DNA of 64,000 nucleotides from Ignavibacteria bacterium. Lineage in GTDB: Bacteria > Bacteroidota > Ignavibacteria > Ignavibacteriales > SURF-24. The stretch is taken from positions 3,810-67,809 of the forward strand of contig JAAXKN010000023.1 of the NCBI GenBank assembly GCA_025612375.1, given 5' to 3'. The translations under genes were made by a program, and so were the position numbers. Positions 1 to 8,329 of the stretch are shown piece after piece; the stretch's first letter is position 1, and every line of letters starts with the position of its first letter. A model generated the notes under the pieces. It saw only the letters and a program-made list of their open reading frames with translations, was not told the DNA's origin and did not search any database.

Positions 1-1552
1 CTTTTTCATATTCCAGTGCTCCGCCAAGGTAGATGAGCGTAGACTTTGCAAAACCCTCGTCGAAGTAAATTACCGGTCCTGCAATCGTCGTTATCTGTCC
101 GGTTCCTTTCCACGGTACATAGCCCACGTCGCTAATGTCGAAATTTTCTCCTATATATCTACCTCTTGTAAAGAGGAGCCAGGTTTCCTTCATCAGCATA
201 AAGCCTGCAGAAGTGGCATAGTCGCCCGAGCCGTTCTTAAAGGACCTCGCAAACTGATAGGAAAGCTGCCAGTCGGACTCCCTGAAGGCTCCGTCAACGT
301 CAACAACTCCTGAATTGCCGTCTTTTGTACTTTTGTTTACAAGAAGCATTCCGAGCGTGGAGTTGCCCAGGATCTGCTTTTTCACGCGGGCCGCTCCGAA
401 GTATCCGGGCTCTTCCTTACGCAGTTCGCTATCCTCTGTATATTCCTTATCTCCTGACATGGCAAGAAATCCGCCGTACTCCCAGTCTCCTACCCTTCCA
501 AAGGCTTTTGTTCCGGCCAGTATCGGCACCTCGCCTCCGTCGGGGAGCTTCCTGCCTATTCTTCTGGAGTAGAAAAGTTCAAGCGGCTGATAGAACCCCG
601 AACTCGTCTGCTTGCCCGAAGCCATAAAGATCTCGTTTCCCTGCGTGAAGAAGGGACGCTTCTCGTCGAAGTGAGATTCGTACCTTGAAATGTTAAATGA
701 ATAAGGGTCGGCCTCTATCTGTGCAAAGTCGGGATTTGCCGTCAGCTGGAATGTAAGGCTGGGAGAAGGATTATAAAATATGTCCAGCCCCGCATCGGGC
801 TTTACCTTGTATTTCCCGTTATCCAGACGTGTCATGTTTGTAAGTCCCACGGGATAGATCTCAAAATTCATGGAAGTGCTTTCAGGGTGTACCTGGTCAA
901 AAATCATGCGGCCGAATTTGGAAATTCTAAGCCCCTCGCTTCTTTCATAGCGGTTCCAGTAGAGGTCTTCTTTTGAAGTTGGTATCCACCGGTCGAAATC
1001 AATTCCCCATTCATTTGAATCCTTTGTATAAGAGATTGATCTGTAAGGGATTTTCATTTCAACAACGTAACCCCAGTCGTAGACCTTCGAATCCGAGAAC
1101 CAGACGCCGTCCCAGTTATAGTCCCTGTTGCGTCCGTCATCAATCATTCGGCAGTCGCTTCTGACTCCGGCTGCTGTAACGCAGAAGCGGTAAGCGGTAC
1201 GTTTGTCGTTATAGGTATCCAGCATTATTGAAACCAGGTCCCCCTCGTACTGGTCCTGAGTCCCGGAGTTGACCTGTATGCTTCCCGTATTATCGTATGC
1301 TACAATGAGGCAGTAAATTGCGTCTTCGGTGGAAAGCACTTTGGCTATGGTTCTTTTCGAGGGCTCCTGCCCGTAGAAGGGCTCCTTCTGGAAATGAATC
1401 TCGGCTGAATCAGCAGTATTCCAGGCAGGGTCTATCACGCCGTCTATATTGATCTGCATATCAGTTTTTTTCAGTACAATTCTGTTCTGGCTAAGTCCCG
1501 TTGCGAAAGCTGTTTCAAAAAAAATAAATGTCAACAGTAGGAAAGTTCTCAT
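1..1552 (-). CDS. CBM9-like / DUF5916 domain protein, secreted (5' part of gene; C-terminus lies left of the window)
   Basis: The minus-strand frame is open from ATG 1550-1552 to the window edge, so it is absent from the ORF track (no stop in window). The translation begins MRTFLLLTFIFFETAFATGLSQNRIVLKKTDMQINIDGVIDPAWNTADS (signal peptide). It then carries GDLVSIMLDTYNDKRTAYRFCVTAAGVRSD, DYNWDGVWFSDSKVYDWGYVVEMKIPY and NPDFAQIEADP motifs that I associate with CBM9+DUF5916 proteins. Confidence 0.7.
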   Translation of the reverse strand, partial: MRTFLLLTFIFFETAFATGLSQNRIVLKKTDMQINIDGVIDPAWNTADSAEIHFQKEPFYGQEPSKRTIAKVLSTEDAIYCLIVAYDNTGSIQVNSGTQDQYEGDLVSIMLDTYNDKRTAYRFCVTAAGVRSDCRMIDDGRNRDYNWDGVWFSDSKVYDWGYVVEMKIPYRSISYTKDSNEWGIDFDRWIPTSKEDLYWNRYERSEGLRISKFGRMIFDQVHPESTSMNFEIYPVGLTNMTRLDNGKYKVKPDAGLDIFYNPSPSLTFQLTANPDFAQIEADPYSFNISRYESHFDEKRPFFTQGNEIFMASGKQTSSGFYQPLELFYSRRIGRKLPDGGEVPILAGTKAFGRVGDWEYGGFLAMSGDKEYTEDSELRKEEPGYFGAARVKKQILGNSTLGMLLVNKSTKDGNSGVVDVDGAFRESDWQLSYQFARSFKNGSGDYATSAGFMLMKETWLLFTRGRYIGENFDISDVGYVPWKGTGQITTIAGPVIYFDEGFAKSTLIYLGGALEYEK

Positions 1553-1761
1553 ATAAATACCGCCCGTCTGGTTTTTGTAATTGGTTGTCAGTTTTCCGCC
1601 CCTCAGATATTTAGACGCGGCATTTTAATCTTTGGTTACAAATTAAATTTGAGCTACAATAATAAAAATTCCGGTACAATTTACCTGTAAAAATTACCGT
1701 TTTCTAGCCTTTTATGTTAATATTTTCTCTGAAAGACTCTTAAATGTGTTAAATGTGAAAG

Positions 1762-1780
1762 TGGCACTTTTCTTGTTGCT
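1762..1780 (+). promoter_or_regulatory. Weak sigma-54-like -24/-12 candidate upstream of the pilin-like operon
   Basis: The sequence is TGGCACttttcTTGTTGCT. TGGCAC-N5-TTGT fits the GG-N10-GC frame except that the -12 C is T, and the true TTGC lies 3 nt too far. It sits about 115 nt upstream of ATG 1894. Type IV pilin genes are often RpoN-dependent. Confidence 0.2.
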
Positions 1781-1893
1781 TAAATATTTCGAAAAAAGAG
1801 TGGAAGGTGTTAACTCTATGGCCCAGGCTGTCGATAATTACGTACTTACATGTAGAACAAAGCTGTTAGAAAAATTATAAGGCGTTTGCGTAT

Positions 1894-2388
1894 ATGAATT
1901 CGGGTCAGCTGTTTTTGACGATCGGAGGAATGTTTTTGCTTGCCCTGCTGGTGCTCAGGATGAATACAACGTTTATGAGCACGGGGGACGTTATGTACAA
2001 TACAAAATATGGAGTGCTTGCGGTTTCTCTTGGCACTTCAATGATAGAGGAAGCCAATTCAAAATCGTTTGACTGCAGTACTGATACTAACTCGGTTTCA
2101 AGCCTCGCTGCAATTACAGATCCGGCAAGCCTGGGGCCCGAGGCGGGTGAAACTCCCGTCACATTTAACGATTTTGACGACTTCAATAATTATGAAAGAG
2201 TGGACTCCACGATGCCAAGCGCGGTTTTTACTATAAGATGCAAAGTGGGCTACATTAATCCGGCAAGCCCGGACGTGTTTGTAAGTCAAAAGACGTGGCA
2301 TAAAAAAATTCAGGTTACTGTTACAAGCCCGTCGATGCAGGATACTGTAAGGCTTTCGTCTGTATTTAGCTACTGGTTTTTCAGGTGA
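1894..2388 (+). CDS. Pilin-like (PilV/minor-pseudopilin-like) membrane-anchored protein, no canonical prepilin leader
   Basis: The 164-aa protein starts MNSGQLFLTIGGMFLLALLVLRMN, a single N-terminal hydrophobic helix followed by a Ser/Thr-rich soluble domain. It is the first gene of a tight three-gene cluster with pilin-like neighbours. An in-frame TAG 27 nt upstream excludes a longer leader. Confidence 0.5.
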   Translation: MNSGQLFLTIGGMFLLALLVLRMNTTFMSTGDVMYNTKYGVLAVSLGTSMIEEANSKSFDCSTDTNSVSSLAAITDPASLGPEAGETPVTFNDFDDFNNYERVDSTMPSAVFTIRCKVGYINPASPDVFVSQKTWHKKIQVTVTSPSMQDTVRLSSVFSYWFFR

Positions 2389-2391
2389 CAT

Positions 2392-2994
2392 ATGGGCTTT
2401 AGTACACTAATTGACATATTCGGATCGACGATCATTGGAGGTCTGCTTTTCCTGACCCTTCTGAGGCTCAACGAAGCGGCTACACAGAACACTTATACTT
2501 TCAGCGGAGAGCTGGAGGTACAACAGAACCTGGTCGCAACTGTGCAGCTTCTGGAATACGACTTCAGGAAAATCGGCTACTGCCAGGACTTTACAAAGAT
2601 TCCGGTTCCCTCAAAGGCTATTATTGCGGCTGACTCGACCAGCATAAGGTTCTTAAGCGATGTTGCCCCCGAGGACGGCAAGGTCGATACGGTTAAATAC
2701 TACCTGGGACCCAAAAGCGAGCTTTCAATGACTCCGAATCCCAGGGACAGGATGCTATACCGTGTCATAAATAACGCCCCGCCCCGCGGATCGAACCTGG
2801 GGGTGGTGGAGTTCAGGCTTACATATTTTAATTCTCTTGGAGACACGATCCGATTTCCGGTTACAGTCCCGGGCGAGATCTATACAATGCAGATTGACAT
2901 AAAATGTGAAAATACGTCGGCTTATGACCAGCAGTATTCAAATGCCTTCTGGCGCCAGATACGTCTGGCGGCACGTAATATTCGGAACAGGTAG
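2392..2994 (+). CDS. PilW-like minor pilin-like protein
   Basis: The 200-aa protein starts MGFSTLIDIFGSTIIGGLLFLTLLRLNEAATQ, which resembles the G|FTLIE class III signal but has only a 2-aa leader and an acid at +6. Downstream, LVATVQLLEYDFRKIGY and MLYRVINNAP...VVEFRLTYFNSLGD follow a PilW-like pattern. The gap to the upstream gene is 3 nt. Confidence 0.55.
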   Translation: MGFSTLIDIFGSTIIGGLLFLTLLRLNEAATQNTYTFSGELEVQQNLVATVQLLEYDFRKIGYCQDFTKIPVPSKAIIAADSTSIRFLSDVAPEDGKVDTVKYYLGPKSELSMTPNPRDRMLYRVINNAPPRGSNLGVVEFRLTYFNSLGDTIRFPVTVPGEIYTMQIDIKCENTSAYDQQYSNAFWRQIRLAARNIRNR

Positions 2995-3008
2995 AGAAGG
3001 AGGTTTTA

Positions 3009-4244
3009 ATGGGCGGCAAGGCAAGTATATATATGGTTTTGGGCTTCAGCCTGATTTTTCTGGTTGCCAGCATGAACTACGGGCGCCTTACGGGAAGCGC
3101 CGTGGACAATAACGTGGAATATTATAAAAACACCGTCGCCCATAATATTGCCGTCAGCGGTGCTAACATGGCGGCTAATGAGATCTTTTTGGATAAGAAT
3201 TGGAATGCAGGTTATACAAATCTTCCATTTTCCTCCGGCAAAATTAATGTAACAGTGGAAGATGCGGGCCAGCAAAAGAAAAGAATAACTTCAACGGGCG
3301 AGTTTCAGGGCATATCCAAAAAAGTTGTAATACTCCTTCAGCCCAGCGGATTTTCAAAATATGCATATTATACAAATATATTCCCGGGCAACACTTTCCT
3401 TGCCACGGGTGATACAATTACAGGGCCTTTTCATACTCAGGGTAAATTGAATGTCAAAGGAAGTCCTGTCTTCCAGGGAAAGGCTTCGGCCAAGAACGGA
3501 CTGAAGCTGGTGGACAAGAATACATCCCCAAAGTTTTACGGCGGATTCGAAAGCGGAGTAGATGTTCCCCTCAACTGGTCGACCTCCGACACTAAAGCAG
3601 CTGCTCAGGCAGGCGGTTATGTCTTTAATGCCGGAGGCGCCGGTAAAGTCGACGTCAGACTGACTTTTAACGGAAACGCAACCGTTACCTACAGCAGAAG
3701 ATTTGACTCGGGAAGCTGGAACCCTGACACGACAGTATCCCTAAGCGCATTTGCCCCGAACGGCGTTATTTATGTGGAAAAAGGAAACCTCTACCTCAAA
3801 GGCGTCGTAAGCGGCAAATATACCGTAATTGCCGACCAGTCCTCAGGTAACGGAACGGGCAACGTTTATATTGAGGATGATATACGATATAAGAGTAATC
3901 CGCTTACCAATCCTTCCAGCACCGATATGCTTGGTATTATTTCTTCGAATAATGTACTCATAAGCGATAACCTCGCAAATAGGTTCAATGTAAATATAGA
4001 CGCCACAATCTTTGCTTATAAAGGCGGTCTTGGTCTCGTAAATGAGTCCATGCCCTATAGCGGCACAATGAAAGTCTTTGGCGGAGTAGTTGAATACCAG
4101 GGACGCACGACCGGCGTGTACTCTGGCAACATGATTACAAACGGATACCGCGAAAGGATTATTTTTGATGAACGCCTCATGCTTAACTCGCCGCCATACT
4201 TCCCTGCGACCGATAAGTATGAAGTCGTTTCATGGCTGGAATAA
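3009..4244 (+). CDS. PilX-like N-terminal anchor fused to a large Gly/Asn/Thr-rich (probable beta-solenoid) domain
   Basis: The 411-aa protein starts MGGKASIYMVLGFSLIFLVASMNYGRL (PilX_N-like) and continues AHNIAVSGANMAANEIFLD. Its C-terminal 300 aa is rich in short G/N/V repeats (GNLYLKGVVSGKYTVIAD, NVNIDATIFAYKGGLGL). An SD GAAGGAGG lies 7 nt upstream of the ATG. Confidence 0.55.
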   Translation: MGGKASIYMVLGFSLIFLVASMNYGRLTGSAVDNNVEYYKNTVAHNIAVSGANMAANEIFLDKNWNAGYTNLPFSSGKINVTVEDAGQQKKRITSTGEFQGISKKVVILLQPSGFSKYAYYTNIFPGNTFLATGDTITGPFHTQGKLNVKGSPVFQGKASAKNGLKLVDKNTSPKFYGGFESGVDVPLNWSTSDTKAAAQAGGYVFNAGGAGKVDVRLTFNGNATVTYSRRFDSGSWNPDTTVSLSAFAPNGVIYVEKGNLYLKGVVSGKYTVIADQSSGNGTGNVYIEDDIRYKSNPLTNPSSTDMLGIISSNNVLISDNLANRFNVNIDATIFAYKGGLGLVNESMPYSGTMKVFGGVVEYQGRTTGVYSGNMITNGYRERIIFDERLMLNSPPYFPATDKYEVVSWLE

Positions 4245-4256
4245 TTTTCTCTCCCA

Positions 4257-4287
4257 AGGGTAAGTAAATGCTTACCCTCTTTTTTTT
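4257..4287 (+). terminator. Rho-independent terminator of the pilin-like operon
   Basis: The hairpin is AGGGTAAG-taaatg-CTTACCCT followed by CTTTTTTTT. Its 3' arm and T-tract overlap the last codons of the convergent gene 4272-5198. Confidence 0.7.
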
Positions 4288-5198
4288 ACTATGTCCTTCA
4301 GGGCCTCCCCGGCATCCGGAAACTTAAACTTAAAACCCATTTCCATCAGTCTTTTGGGAAGTACAACAGGGGCGTTCGTAATTGTATAGGCGCCTTCACC
4401 TACCACCATGTCCAGCGCAAATTCAGGTACCTTCAGCCAGGAAGGCCTGTGCATGGCTTTTCCTATAAGAGATGCAAACTCTTTCATTGTAAGAGGCTTA
4501 GGCGAAGTTGCGTTGTACGCCCCAGTCATCTTTCTGTCGTCAATTGCCTTTAGAAAAATACTTACAACGTCATCAATGTGTATCCATGAGAAACCCTGAT
4601 CGCCCTTGCCCAAAGGGCCGCCTATAAAAAACTTAAAGGGAGTTAACATTTTTTTCAAAGCGCCGCCCTTTCTGTCAAGCACAATTCCAAGCCGGAGGCT
4701 CACGCGCCTGATTCCAAATTGTTCTACCATTTGAGCCTCCCCTTCCCAGAGCTTGCAGACTTCGGCAAGAAAGTCCATGCCCGGGTGGTCACTTTCGGTT
4801 AAGGGATCTTTTCTTGAAACGCCGTAATAGCCTATTGCGGATGCCGTAACCAGGACTTCAGGCTTCGGGGAGCTTTCGGCAAGTTCACCTGCAAGCATGC
4901 GTGTGCCGTCCTGCCGGCTTTTAAGTATCTCCTGCTTGTAGCCTTCATTCCATCTTTTGTCCATTACGGGTGTGGCCGCAAGATGAATAACGGCATCAAG
5001 GCCGCTTGCGTAGTCACGGCCTTCAGAGCCTTTTTCTGAATCCCACTTTATATAGGCGCCGGCGCCGGGTAAGGCTTCTTTTGCATGCAGGGGGGAACGG
5101 GATAAAACCGTAACTTCATCTCCCCTTTCTACGAGGGCTTTAAGCAGGTGGCCTCCGATCAGGCCGGTTGCTCCGGTTACTGCGACTTTCTTTGCCAT
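4272..5198 (-). CDS. TIGR01777-family NAD-dependent epimerase/dehydratase-like protein (YfcH/SDR39U1 type, DUF1731 C-terminus)
   Basis: The 308-aa protein has the N-terminal Rossmann motif VAVTGATGLIGGHLLKAL. Its length and the C-terminal PKRLMEMGFKFKFPD segment are typical of this family. Confidence 0.8.
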   Translation of the reverse strand: MAKKVAVTGATGLIGGHLLKALVERGDEVTVLSRSPLHAKEALPGAGAYIKWDSEKGSEGRDYASGLDAVIHLAATPVMDKRWNEGYKQEILKSRQDGTRMLAGELAESSPKPEVLVTASAIGYYGVSRKDPLTESDHPGMDFLAEVCKLWEGEAQMVEQFGIRRVSLRLGIVLDRKGGALKKMLTPFKFFIGGPLGKGDQGFSWIHIDDVVSIFLKAIDDRKMTGAYNATSPKPLTMKEFASLIGKAMHRPSWLKVPEFALDMVVGEGAYTITNAPVVLPKRLMEMGFKFKFPDAGEALKDIVKKRG

Positions 5199-5530
5199 AG
5201 GCTTCAGATGTCCTTACAGAAAAATTTGTGAAATAGCCTTTAAGGGGAATAGACTTCCCTTTCTCTTAAGATATGATTTATAAAATAAAGATTCTAGATT
5301 TATGAAGCTGAATTAATGAAGCTGAACAGGACTTATTCCGCAATAAGGGTTTATTCCGGAGGTGGTAAACGTTTGCGACTATGGGGCATGGTCAATTTGG
5401 GCTACAAACTGTTATGACTTTCAGAATCGTACGCCATGTTCCTTTCTGGCACATAATATCCCCTGCACCTTAAGGACGCGCGAAAAAAACGGCTTCTAAG
5501 TTCCGGCGCGAATGCTTTTATGTGGTAGAG

Positions 5531-5568
5531 TTTAAAAATAGAAAAGCACTCATCATTCAGAGTGCTTT
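5531..5568 (-). terminator. Rho-independent terminator downstream of the RRM protein gene
   Basis: The minus strand reads AAAGCACTC-tgaatga-GAGTGCTTT followed by TCTATTTTTAAA, 24 nt after the stop at 5592. Confidence 0.75.
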
Positions 5569-5591
5569 ACAATGCGAACAATTAAAAACCT

Positions 5592-5843
5592 TTACTTTTG
5601 GGGTTTTGCTTCGTTGACAATGATACTACGACCGTTCAACTGGCTACCATTAAGTGCTTTAATTGCAGCATTTGCATCAGATTCGTTCTCCATTTCAACA
5701 AAGCCGAATCCTCTAGATTTACCGGTCTGGCGATCGGTAATTACTTTTGCTGACACGACAGTACCGTAAGATTCAAAAGTTGATTTTAAGGTGGCGTCGG
5801 TAACAGCCCAGGGGAGACTTCCCACAAAAAGTTTAGTACTCAC
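5592..5843 (-). CDS. RRM-type (RNP-1/RNP-2) RNA-binding protein
   Basis: The 83-aa protein has RNP-2 KLFVGSL and RNP-1 RGFGFVEM motifs. Its overall pattern is that of bacterial Rbp-type glycine-less RRM proteins. Confidence 0.9.
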   Translation of the reverse strand: MSTKLFVGSLPWAVTDATLKSTFESYGTVVSAKVITDRQTGKSRGFGFVEMENESDANAAIKALNGSQLNGRSIIVNEAKPQK

Positions 5844-5999
5844 GAAAATACCTCTAAAAAAAAATTAATGAAACTAGTTTTGTGCTTTTGGCACCTTTAA
5901 ATATAATTGGAATTTTCATAAAAGCAAATCAATTTGTAGAAAAAAATACATCGATGACTTTTTTTTCTTCCCATGTGCTTCCGGTCACATTTGGGCCAT

Positions 6000-7355
6000 T
6001 TACTGCAGAACTGCGTTGATGGCGCTGGTCAGATTGTCCACCGGAACTACTTTTATGCCCGAGCGCGAGCCTAAAGATTTCATGTTGTTGCGCGGAATAA
6101 TAATGTTACTGAAGCCCAGTTTTTCGGCTTCCTGTATCCTTTTATCTATGTGGCTGATGCTTCTGATCTCGCCTCCTAAACCCACCTCACCTATCATAAC
6201 ATAGTTGCTGTCAACGTTGCGGTCAAGTAGACTTGACGCTATGCTGCAGCAGACGGCAAGATCCACGGCCGGCTCGTCTATTTTTACGCCGCCCGCCATG
6301 TTAAGAAATACGTTTGCCGAAGAAAGCCTTAAGCCCGCCCTTTTCTCCAGAACGGCCAGGAGAATGGAAAGCCTCCTGTAATCGAAGCCTGTAGCTACTC
6401 TCTGCGGATTGCCGTAGTTCGATGGCGTAACTAGTGCCTGCACTTCAAGCAGTATCGGGCGCGTTCCTTCCATGCTTGAGGTTACGGCAGAACCTGTTGT
6501 CCTGTGGTCGCGCTCACTTAAGAAAATCTCGCTCGGGTTTTTAACCTCTGTAAGCCCCGTGTCGTGCATTTCGAAAATTCCGATCTCATTTGTGCTGCCG
6601 AATCGGTTTTTCTGTGCCCTTAAGATTCTGTAGCTGTGGTGGCGCTCCCCTTCAAACTGAAGCACCGTGTCAACAACGTGCTCCAGTATCTTGGGACCCG
6701 CAATCATCCCCTCTTTTGTAACGTGGCCAATTAAAATTACAACCTGCTGTGTTGTTTTTGCAATCTTCATCAGCTGTGAGGTGCATTCCCTTATCTGCGT
6801 CACCGTGCCGGGCGCATTATCCAGGTCCGACTTGTGCATCGTCTGTATTGAATCTATAATTATAACCCCGGGCTGTATGTCTTCCATGGCACAGACAATA
6901 TTGTCCATCTCTGTCTCGGCAAGCACATAAAAATTATCCGATTCCACGCCGAGCCTTGAGGCCCTGAGCTTGATCTGACGGTTCGATTCCTCGCCTGTTA
7001 CATAAAGCACCTTATCCTTGATTTGTGAAGCCGCCTGCATAACGAGCGTGGACTTTCCAATTCCGGGATCTCCGCCTATTAGCACTATGGAGCCGGGCAT
7101 GAGCCCGCCGCCTAAAACCCTGTCAAATTCCTGGATGTTTGTTCCTACCCTGTCGGACTCAACCGAGTTGATCTCTTTTAGCTTTGAAACCGTGAAGCCT
7201 GAACGCCTGACGGACTGTTTCAGCTTTTCTTTTTCCGATTCAACTATCTCTTCTGAAAATGTATTCCACTGCTCACACTCCGGGCAGCGGCCCAGCCATT
7301 TGATCGATTCAAATCCGCAGTTTGAGCAGATGAACTTAGTCTTTACTTTAGCCAT
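6000..7355 (-). CDS. radA: DNA repair protein RadA/Sms
   Basis: The 451-aa protein has an N-terminal zinc ribbon CSNCGFESIKWLGRCPECEQWNTF and a Walker A GGDPGIGKST. It also carries the KNRFG motif and a Lon-like C-terminal domain. Confidence 0.95.
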   Translation of the reverse strand: MAKVKTKFICSNCGFESIKWLGRCPECEQWNTFSEEIVESEKEKLKQSVRRSGFTVSKLKEINSVESDRVGTNIQEFDRVLGGGLMPGSIVLIGGDPGIGKSTLVMQAASQIKDKVLYVTGEESNRQIKLRASRLGVESDNFYVLAETEMDNIVCAMEDIQPGVIIIDSIQTMHKSDLDNAPGTVTQIRECTSQLMKIAKTTQQVVILIGHVTKEGMIAGPKILEHVVDTVLQFEGERHHSYRILRAQKNRFGSTNEIGIFEMHDTGLTEVKNPSEIFLSERDHRTTGSAVTSSMEGTRPILLEVQALVTPSNYGNPQRVATGFDYRRLSILLAVLEKRAGLRLSSANVFLNMAGGVKIDEPAVDLAVCCSIASSLLDRNVDSNYVMIGEVGLGGEIRSISHIDKRIQEAEKLGFSNIIIPRNNMKSLGSRSGIKVVPVDNLTSAINAVLQ

Positions 7356-7443
7356 AAAAATTCTTCTCTATCTTTATTTAACCTTATCTAAATTAAAGGC
7401 GCCTTTACCCGAAAATAAAACGCATTAAAGGAGAAATAAATTC

Positions 7444-8175
7444 CTAAAATCCGGTCCTTTTTATGAAGTTTATTATGATCTGGTCCTCTGACTTTAAGAG
7501 CTCGTCGGGTGTTCCGTGGAAGTATATTTTTCCCTCGTGAATGAGCGCCACCTTATCGGCAACATTCTTTACGCTTACCATGTCGTGCGTAACGACAATG
7601 GAGGTGACGTTGAGTTTTTGAGAGAGTTCTTTGATAAGATAGTCTATTGAATCAGACATAATCGGGTCAAGCCCCGTGGTCGGTTCATCATAGAGTATAT
7701 AACCCGGGTTGGTGACAAGAGCGCGTGCAAGCCCGACCCTTTTTTTCATGCCTCCTGAAAGTTCCGCCGGTTTAAGGTGCTGAATATTCGGCAGCCCCAC
7801 AAGCTCAAGCTTATTTTCCACCAGCGTTCTTACTTCCGAAGGAGAAATGGTGTGGTTGTTTTCCACTATCGGCAGGGCAACATTTTCTCCGACTGTCATT
7901 GAGTCAAAAAGTGCAGCCCCCTGAAACAGAAACCCGAATTTACGCCTGATATCGTATAACTGCCTGCCGCTGAGTTCACTGACATTCTGCCCCTCAACTT
8001 TAACGTAGCCCTGGTCGGGTGAAAGGAGCCCGACTATATGCTTTAGAAGCACACTTTTTCCGCCGCCGCTTCTGCCTATAATTGCTATGGATTCTCCCGG
8101 CGTAATATCCAGGTTGATGCCCTGCAAAACCTGCTTGCCGCCGAAATTTTTATACAGATCCCTGATTTCAATCAT
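7444..8175 (-). CDS. ABC transporter ATP-binding protein, MlaF/Ttg2A-like
   Basis: The 243-aa protein has Walker A GRSGGGKS, signature LSGGMKKRV and Walker B ILYDEPTTGLD. Its length and N-terminus resemble MlaF-type ATPases. No permease gene is adjacent. Confidence 0.8.
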   Translation of the reverse strand: MIEIRDLYKNFGGKQVLQGINLDITPGESIAIIGRSGGGKSVLLKHIVGLLSPDQGYVKVEGQNVSELSGRQLYDIRRKFGFLFQGAALFDSMTVGENVALPIVENNHTISPSEVRTLVENKLELVGLPNIQHLKPAELSGGMKKRVGLARALVTNPGYILYDEPTTGLDPIMSDSIDYLIKELSQKLNVTSIVVTHDMVSVKNVADKVALIHEGKIYFHGTPDELLKSEDQIIINFIKRTGF

Positions 8176-8250
8176 AAAGGTAATTCGTCAAAAAAATGTA
8201 AACTTATTCCTTAATATAGCTGAATTAAGGGAAATATATTCCTCTTCTTT

Positions 8251-8297
8251 AAAAAAAAGAAACCCGGAAGCTGTTTCCATTTCCGGGTTCTGTTTTT
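8251..8297 (-). terminator. Rho-independent terminator (bidirectional shape) after the 8330-9268 gene
   Basis: The minus strand reads GAACCCGGAA-atggaaacagc-TTCCGGGTTTC followed by TTTTTTTT. An A-tract and T-tract flank the hairpin on both strands. Confidence 0.8.
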
Positions 8298-8329
8298 TCA
8301 CTTAAAACTTATAACTCAAAACTTAAAAC

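Noticed and set aside
2386-2394. Pilin-like genes 1 and 2 are in the same reading frame, separated only by TGA-CAT before the ATG. This raised the possibility of stop-codon read-through, selenocysteine or a recent gene split.
   Set aside because: Same-frame adjacency happens by chance one time in three. There is no SECIS-like hairpin after the TGA. Gene 2 begins with its own pilin-like N-terminal helix, which would be internal in a fusion. Two genes is the simplest reading.
6980-6990. GGTTCGATTCC, a tRNA T-arm-like motif.
   Set aside because: It lies inside the radA coding sequence on the non-coding strand. No acceptor, D or anticodon stems can be drawn around it. I found no tRNA genes elsewhere in the intergenic regions.
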